The translations under genes were made by a program, and so were the position numbers. The notes under the pieces were generated by a model. The model was not told where the DNA came from, made no database searches, and worked only from the letters and a program-made list of their open reading frames with translations. A stretch of 64,000 nucleotides of DNA. Origin: an uncultured delta proteobacterium (GTDB taxonomy: Bacteria; Desulfobacterota; Syntrophia; Syntrophales; UBA2185). The DNA is taken from contig CAVOID010000010.1 of the NCBI GenBank assembly GCA_963695875.1, positions 96,001-160,000 on the forward strand, written 5' to 3'. Positions 57,516 through 64,000 of this stretch are shown here, piece after piece (position 1 is the first letter of the stretch; each line of letters begins with the position of its first letter).

Positions 57516-58178
57516 GTGCTCAGTATGGATGAAAAACAATATCTGGTTGACGCTTTATCCATCGAGGAGTCTTGGCGGATATTCCGCATCATGGCTGAAT
57601 TTGTGGAAGCCATTGAAACTCTTTCCCAGGTGAAGCACGCTGTCACTATTTTTGGATCAGCAAGGGTTCTTCCCGACGATCCATACTATAAGAAGGCAGA
57701 GTATCTTGCAGGGAAGCTTGCGGAGAATGGCTTTAGTGTGATTACGGGAGGTGGTCCCGGCATCATGGAAGCGGCCAACAAGGGTGCCGCAGAGGCTGGC
57801 GGCAAATCGGTAGGAATGAATATCCGACTCCCCTATGAACAGAAACCAAACCCATATGCCAATACAATTATCGAATATAAATATTTCTTCATTCGTAAAG
57901 TGATGTTTGTCAAATATGCCGTAGCTTATGTGATCCTGCCGGGGGGGTTTGGGACCATGGATGAGCTTTTTGAGGCCATGACTCTGATTCAGACAAAAAG
58001 AATAAAATGCTTTCCTGTCATTTTGATGGGAAGTGACTACTGGAAGGGTTTAATTGACTGGATAAGAAACACTATGCTTCAAAACGACAAAATTGAACCT
58101 TGTGATCTCGAAATTATACACGTCATTGATGATCCTGACGAAATAGTCAAACATATTAAGAAATTTGTCATTCTCTAA
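57516..58178 (+). CDS. LOG-family (TIGR00730) nucleotide phosphoribohydrolase
   Basis: FGSAR, TGGGPGIMEAAN and PGGFGTMDE. Confidence 0.92.
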   Translation: MLSMDEKQYLVDALSIEESWRIFRIMAEFVEAIETLSQVKHAVTIFGSARVLPDDPYYKKAEYLAGKLAENGFSVITGGGPGIMEAANKGAAEAGGKSVGMNIRLPYEQKPNPYANTIIEYKYFFIRKVMFVKYAVAYVILPGGFGTMDELFEAMTLIQTKRIKCFPVILMGSDYWKGLIDWIRNTMLQNDKIEPCDLEIIHVIDDPDEIVKHIKKFVIL

Positions 58179-58253
58179 AAACTCTGTGGCATTTAATCTG
58201 ACACGCTATAACCAAGATACAATTAACCCTGGCTAAAAAGAGCTGCGGTCAGC

Positions 58254-59620
58254 ATGATTGATGTTGAAAAGATACTGACGGATCTTAAGAAAGGGAGTAA
58301 ATCCCCTTCGCCTTGTTATTTCCTCTACGGTGAAGAAGAATATCTTGTCAAAGATGCCCTGAATAGAATCATAGCGACTATCCTTCCTGCAAGCGACAGA
58401 GACCTGAATCTCTTTTTCATGGATGGAGAAAACGAAGACATAGACATCCTGTGCGAAACGATTCTGACACCTCCTCTCATTCCGGGGAAAAAAATTGTCG
58501 TATTAAGAAATACCCGTCTATTCCAATCCAGAAAAATCCTCCCAGAAATAATACAAAAAATGCGCAGCCATTTTGAAAAGGATCCCGACACGGCAGCAAA
58601 GTACTTTATGCACTTTCTAAAGATAACGGGCTGGAACCTCGATGACCTAAGAAATGACGGTTGGAAGAAAATAACAGACGAAGACTGGCAAAAAACTGTT
58701 GAAGGGGATGATGGACATGATCGAGAAACCTGGCTTCCCGGAATAATAGAGGTTTGTGTCAGCCGCGGGATGGATGTGAGTCAAATTAAGGATGATACGG
58801 ATCGCCTCGAAGATATCCTGGAAAAGAGGCATCCCAGAAGGAAATCACCTGATCATGACTGCGGAAACGGTGGATAAAAGAAAGAGACTTTTCAGGATCA
58901 TATCCGAGATCGGTGTAATCCTTCATTTTTCTCAGGTGAGAGGTGAGACCAGGCAGAAGAATGCCTTGATAGGTACGGCTAAGGATCTTTTGGCTAAAAC
59001 CGGGAAAAAACTTACGCAGGATGCGTGGATCGCGATCGGCAAAAAAACAGGTTTTAATCTCGCTGATTCTATGGGAGCCCTGGAAAAGTTAATCGCTTAC
59101 ACGGGTGAGAGGATGTTGATTGAGGATTCAGATGTCGAAGAGGTTGTGGGAAAGACAAAGGAAAATACCGTATTCGATTTAACAAGAGCACTCGTCGATA
59201 AAGATCTTAACATGGCCCTCTTCAAACTTGAAAGACCTTTTCGATCAGGGTGTTAACCACTTATTAATACTGTCGATGATAGCGAGGGAAATCAGATTTC
59301 TCCTCCATGCCAAGACGTTTATTAGATCGGGGAAGCTTAGCTCCTTTCATCCGAACATGGACTACGACCTTTTCCAAAAGTCCGATTATCCGGTCATCCA
59401 GGAATTGATCGGCAATACAGGGAAGAAAGGGAGCAGAGGGGATCTAGGTTCTCAACATCCCTATGTTGTTTATAATGCCCTGAAAAATTCATATCGATTC
59501 TCATATGAACACCTGGTAAAATATCTTGAAGACCTCGTCGATATGGATATCGCCTTCAAGACAACAACGAAAGACCCACGGTTTCTGCTGGAGCGCTTTA
59601 TCATTAATGTATGCACATAA
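58254..59620 (+). CDS. holA: DNA polymerase III delta subunit-like protein (two frameshifts)
   Basis: YFLYGEEEYL, VDKR, LEKLIAY, VFDL and D..FKT. Confidence 0.82.
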
Positions 59621-59654
59621 ACACTAAAGAGTGGTTTAAAAATCATGCTTTTTC

Positions 59655-59821
59655 CAGGCTGTTCAAAAATGTATGGATCAAGGCACTCCCTTCGACATGC
59701 TCAGGATAAACTCACCCGAGGAATGACAGGTACACAGAAGTATGTTGAATAAACCTGCCCCGGACTTGATCCAGGAATGGGCGCAGTGCAATATAACAGA
59801 TGGGCATTTTTCAACAGCCTG
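59655..59821. mobile_element. MITE with 17-bp terminal inverted repeats
   Basis: CAGGCTGTTCAAAAATG ... CATTTTTCAACAGCCTG (16/17 match). Confidence 0.75.
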
Positions 59822-59827
59822 TATAGA

Positions 59828-60365
59828 TTAAAGCTTCCGGATTCTTACTCTTGCCGCCTTTTTTTTCCGGGAAAGTCTCCTTGATGGTCCTTTCTTCTTT
59901 ACATTTGCCGTAGTTTCATCCTCCTTATCCCTGTCACATCTTTCTTCAGTATAGGAGGATGGATCAGGCAGACCGGTTTTAAGCCTGCTGATAAGCTCTT
60001 CGAACTCCTGGGAAGATATTGCAGTCCCTCCTCTTCGAATGACAAAATTGGCAATATCCCTGTCCGATGTGACGACAACGATTTCTTCTCCCATTTTTTC
60101 AACCCTTCGCTTGATGACATCATCTGCCTTCTCACCCCTCCGAGAATAAATGATGTCAATGCCCTCCTGTCGATCTCGCTCTTCCTCGGCAGGGCCGCTT
60201 TCCCAGCCGTCAAAGACAACAGTCACCTTATGTCCCTTTTGCTTCCTATACACTGCTATGAAGCGTATCAGAGCCTTTCGGCCTTCTTCTAGGCTGAATC
60301 TCTCATACCGCCTCAGTGCAATCGGATTGTCTTATCAGGTTATACCCGTCGATAATAATATGCAT
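59828..60365 (-). CDS. NYN-domain (YacP-like) ribonuclease (frameshift near 60320)
   Basis: MHIIIDGYNLI, VVFDG, ADDVI and VVTSDR. Confidence 0.88.
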
Positions 60366-60693
60366 TATAGTTCATACCAATTTTATTTCATCCAGAAAGG
60401 TGAGACACTTTTCCTACTATAGAAAAGCTTGGGCATCCCACTCGACATAATTTATTATCCGTGCAATTCCGGTTTTTACTTGACCTCAGTACTATGCTTC
60501 TGCTATTTTTTACTCGTTTTTATATTAGAAGGTTCTTTACAGGTCAATCCCTACCATAATAATCTCCTGCAAGAGAGTATTAATAATATAATACTACCAT
60601 GGCTTAGCTAAGATTTAAATGATCATTAACCGTTTTAATATCTACATAAAACCTTCAACTTCGAGTAACTTTTAAAATACAAGGAGGGGCGAT

Positions 60694-62337
60694 ATGCCAG
60701 AGAAAATCTATCAGCCGGGAGAATGTTACAAGTATCAACTAATCCTCAAACATTTGCTTGAGACCCCCCTTTTCTTTGCCCCAGATCAGCAGATCGTTTA
60801 CAGAGATAAAGTTCGTCTCACATACAGAATGTTTAATGAGCGCATCCACAGATTGGCCAATGCTCTAAAATTACTGGGTGTCAAGATGGGTGATACGGTT
60901 TGTGTGTTTGATTATGACAGCCATCGTTATCTGGAGTGTTTCTTTGCCATACCTATGATGGGAGCGGTTCTTCATACTCAGAACTGGCGGTTATCTCCGG
61001 AACAGATCCTCTACACAATGAATCACGCGGAGGATGATGTTGTCCTGATCCATTCCGATTTTTTACCCATTCTGGAGGCGATAAAGGATAAACTAACCAC
61101 CGTCAAAAAGGTTGTCCTGATCACCGATGATGATCAAAGACCGGCTACAAAGCTAAATATCGATATAGAGTATGAAGAGATGCTGCGGGGAGCATCCAGA
61201 CATTATGATTTTCCTGATTTAGATGAATATACGAGGGCGACAACATTTTATACCACTGGAACAACAGGAGCCCCAAAGGGTGTTTATTTTTCCCACAGGC
61301 AACTTGTGCTTCATACACAGGCAGGCCTAATCGGGTTAGGCGCCTATGAATCGGTTGCCAGATTCCGGTCAAATGATGTTTACATGCCGATTACCCCCAT
61401 GTTTCATGTCCACGCCTGGGGAATCCCCTATATTGCAACCTTGCTGGGTGTGAAGCAGGTCTACCCCGGCAGATACGAGCCAGAGATGCTCATGAAGCTT
61501 ATCTTGACAGAGAAGGTCACTTTCTCCCACTGTGTTCCGACGATTCTTCATATGCTTGTGAGCAGTCCCGCAGTCAAGAAACTGGACTTGTCCAAATGGA
61601 AGGTGATTATCGGTGGTTCGAGGCTTCCTAAGGGACTGGCTAAGGCAACAATGGATCTGGGAATTCAGATTTTTTCCGGTTACGGGATGTCAGAGACCTG
61701 CCCGGTGATCTCGCTGGCAAATCTTAAGCCGCACATGCTTGATTGGAACAAGGAGAATCAGATAGATAAATTGATCATGACGGGACTCCCGATACCATTT
61801 GTGTACGCGAGAATTGTAGATCATTCAGGAAAAGATGTGCCGCATAATGGCGAATCGACAGGCGAGCTAATTTTAAGAGCACCGTGGCTGACAGAAACTT
61901 ATTTCAACGATCCTGAAAGGACCAAGGATTTATGGAAGGGTGGATGGCTTTACACGGGCGATGTAGCTAATATTGACCCGGCTGGGTACATTCAGATTAC
62001 GGATAGGACCAAAGATGTTATCAAGACAGGAGGGGAATGGATTTCTTCTCTCGAACTGGAGAATCTGATCAGCCAGCATGAGGCCGTGTCGGAAGCGGCA
62101 GCGATCGGTATCCCTGATGACAAATGGGGGGAGCGACCTTTATTGATCGTTGTCCTGAGACCTGAATACAAAGACAAGGTCAGCAATGAAGACTTGCAGA
62201 AATTCATGGCGAAATTTGCAAAAGAGGGCAAAATCCCGAAGTATGGTGTGCCTGATCGCTACCTCATCGTTGATGGGATTCCCAAGACCAGTGTAGGTAA
62301 GATTAATAAAATTCAACTGAGAAAATTATATGGATAG
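60694..62337 (+). CDS. Fatty-acid--CoA ligase
   Basis: YTTGTTGAPKG, PMFHVHAWG, YGMSET, KTGGEWISS and PKTSVGK. Confidence 0.93.
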   Translation: MPEKIYQPGECYKYQLILKHLLETPLFFAPDQQIVYRDKVRLTYRMFNERIHRLANALKLLGVKMGDTVCVFDYDSHRYLECFFAIPMMGAVLHTQNWRLSPEQILYTMNHAEDDVVLIHSDFLPILEAIKDKLTTVKKVVLITDDDQRPATKLNIDIEYEEMLRGASRHYDFPDLDEYTRATTFYTTGTTGAPKGVYFSHRQLVLHTQAGLIGLGAYESVARFRSNDVYMPITPMFHVHAWGIPYIATLLGVKQVYPGRYEPEMLMKLILTEKVTFSHCVPTILHMLVSSPAVKKLDLSKWKVIIGGSRLPKGLAKATMDLGIQIFSGYGMSETCPVISLANLKPHMLDWNKENQIDKLIMTGLPIPFVYARIVDHSGKDVPHNGESTGELILRAPWLTETYFNDPERTKDLWKGGWLYTGDVANIDPAGYIQITDRTKDVIKTGGEWISSLELENLISQHEAVSEAAAIGIPDDKWGERPLLIVVLRPEYKDKVSNEDLQKFMAKFAKEGKIPKYGVPDRYLIVDGIPKTSVGKINKIQLRKLYG

Positions 62338-62348
62338 GAGGACGAGAA

Positions 62349-63491
62349 ATGGATTTTGAATTGACCGATGAACTGAAGATGTTGAAGGAGATGGCATATA
62401 AATTTGCCTTGGCCGAGTTTTCGGAAGCATCTCATGAATGCGATGAGGACGAGAAATATACTCCGGAGATCCGTAAGAAAGCAGCAGAAAATGGTCTTGT
62501 CGGAGCCTGGATTCCCGAAGCATATGGTGGCGCGGGTGCAGGTTTTTTAGGCAATGCCATCATAACCGAAGAACTGTCCAAGGTGGACATGGGAATTGGA
62601 TTAAATGTTGTCGCTGCTACATTTGGCTGTGAATCTATATTGCACTTCGGCTCGGAACAACAAAAAAAGAAATATCTCCCTCCTGTATGCAGAGGGGAGC
62701 AGGTCAGTGCCGGGGCCTTTACAGAACCTAATGCTGGTACCGACGTCGCAGGATACAGAGCAAAGGCTCTGAAAGACGGAAGTGACTATATCATTACTGG
62801 AAACAAGATGTTCATCACTAACGGGAGTGTCTGCGATTTCATGGTTGCCCAGTGTATTACCAACCCGGAAGAAAAGAAGCACAACAGTTTCAGTCTCATT
62901 ATAGTTCCCTCTGATACCAAGGGGATAACCCGAAACAAGATCCATGGGAAGATGGGCATCCGGTCCAGTGACACGGCAGAAATCGCTTTTGAGGATGTGA
63001 GGGTTCCGCAGTCCAATTTGGTCGGCAAGGCAGGCAACGGTTTCCGCCAGTTGATGCACTTTTTTGATACAACCAGGGTGATGGTTTCGGCCCAGGCACT
63101 TGGACTTTCTGAAGCATGTCTGGAGACAAGCATTAAGTATGTAAAGGAGAGAACGGCATTTGGCGCCCCCTTGGGTTCCTTCCAATTAACTCAGATGAAA
63201 CTTACCGAAATGGCAATTAAGATAGAGGCGCTACGAGGGCTTATCTACAAAGCGGCCTGGCTGGTCGATGAGGGCCGTCCTGACTATACATTGGCCGCAA
63301 TGGCAAAATACTTCGGTGGGCAGACAGCCGTGTTCTGTGCTAATTATGCAGTCGAACTTCACGGCGGGTATGGCTATATTGACGAGTACAACGTCCAGAA
63401 ATGGTACCGAGATGCGAAGATTCTTGAGCTTTACGAAGGAACCAAGGAAGCCGAGATCATGACCATAGGCAGAATTCTACAGGCGCGGTAG
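62349..63491 (+). CDS. Acyl-CoA dehydrogenase
   Basis: FTEPNAGTD, GNKMFITNG, HGGYGY and YEGT. Confidence 0.94.
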   Translation: MDFELTDELKMLKEMAYKFALAEFSEASHECDEDEKYTPEIRKKAAENGLVGAWIPEAYGGAGAGFLGNAIITEELSKVDMGIGLNVVAATFGCESILHFGSEQQKKKYLPPVCRGEQVSAGAFTEPNAGTDVAGYRAKALKDGSDYIITGNKMFITNGSVCDFMVAQCITNPEEKKHNSFSLIIVPSDTKGITRNKIHGKMGIRSSDTAEIAFEDVRVPQSNLVGKAGNGFRQLMHFFDTTRVMVSAQALGLSEACLETSIKYVKERTAFGAPLGSFQLTQMKLTEMAIKIEALRGLIYKAAWLVDEGRPDYTLAAMAKYFGGQTAVFCANYAVELHGGYGYIDEYNVQKWYRDAKILELYEGTKEAEIMTIGRILQAR

Positions 63492-63519
63492 CTGTACAAA
63501 GAATCCCCCGTGCCCCTTT

Positions 63520-63649
63520 GAGACTGTGTCACAATGTCATTATGAGGCGTGAAACGATCGAAGCAATCTCGTAACGAGCTAGAGATAAAAAGATTGCAAC
63601 GCTCCCTTTGGTCGCTGACAATGACAAATAAGAATTGTGGCACTGTCTC
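63520..63649. mobile_element. MITE with 16-bp TIRs enclosing a REP-like element
   Basis: GAGACTGTGTCACAAT ... ATTGTGGCACTGTCTC (14/16 match); interior TGTCATT..GCAATCT..AGATTGC..AATGACA. Confidence 0.65.
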
Positions 63650-63815
63650 CTTAATAGTAAAGTGGGCATGGTGGATTTTTAAATTTTGAATCTATATTAC
63701 TTGTCCAAGATAGCCTTCCTTAGTAAGACGCTTGACAGAATAGTCAAGAAAGCCCATGAGCCCGGCCATATTTAAAATGATTCCTGGCGAGTCTAAACCA
63801 CACTACTGATAATCG

Positions 63816-64000
63816 ATGTACACACTGTATAACATCCTGCTATTGATAGCAGCCCTTTTTGCTTTCCCCTATTATGCATTAAAGATGATGCTGACGGGAA
63901 AGTACAGAAAAAGCATCGGGCCAAAGTTCGGCTTCATCAGACCTGAATCTTTTACTAATATGAAAGGCAGTCCCAGGATATGGATGCACGCCGTATCGGT
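63816..64000 (+). CDS. waaA: Kdo transferase, 3'-partial
   Basis: Manual translation MYTLYNILL...GKYRKS...RIWMHAVSV. Confidence 0.85.
   Translation, partial: MYTLYNILLLIAALFAFPYYALKMMLTGKYRKSIGPKFGFIRPESFTNMKGSPRIWMHAVS

Noticed and set aside
1..64000. Selenoprotein UGA readthrough (prompted by selA) or a CRISPR array
   Set aside because: The gene breaks I examined are frame changes rather than in-frame UGA, and no regularly spaced repeat-spacer array was seen

Overview
A core-chromosome segment, most consistent with an anaerobic Desulfobacterota/Syntrophales-like bacterium (inferred from gene content and order). It holds a glycine cleavage operon with lipA and lpdA, a MenK-like radical SAM enzyme, selA, rho-rpmE-prfA-prmC-murA-hisD, tRNA-Gly(CCC), rimP-nusA-infB-rbfA-truB-rpsO-pnp, a DUF39 homocysteine synthase and a type IV pilus locus. 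In that locus HTH-ftsB-pilMNOPQ-pilF converge on dsbC-fimT-pilV-pilW-pilX-pilY1. The window ends with pepQ-gcvH2-lipoate ligase-hisC, rpsU, holA, fatty-acid genes and the start of waaA. Many genes, including essential ones, are frameshifted, most likely through assembly errors. The strongest candidate system is the pilus-tip cassette: candidate enhancer repeats, a sigma54 promoter and a c-di-GMP-I riboswitch sit in series upstream of an operon led by a disulfide isomerase and ending in a PilY1 with about 32 cysteines. Intergenic regions hold several small non-autonomous elements: a 105-bp IS200/IS605-like element, two TIR MITEs (one triply nested) and a REP-like family. No CRISPR array, integrase, transposase or reverse transcriptase was seen.
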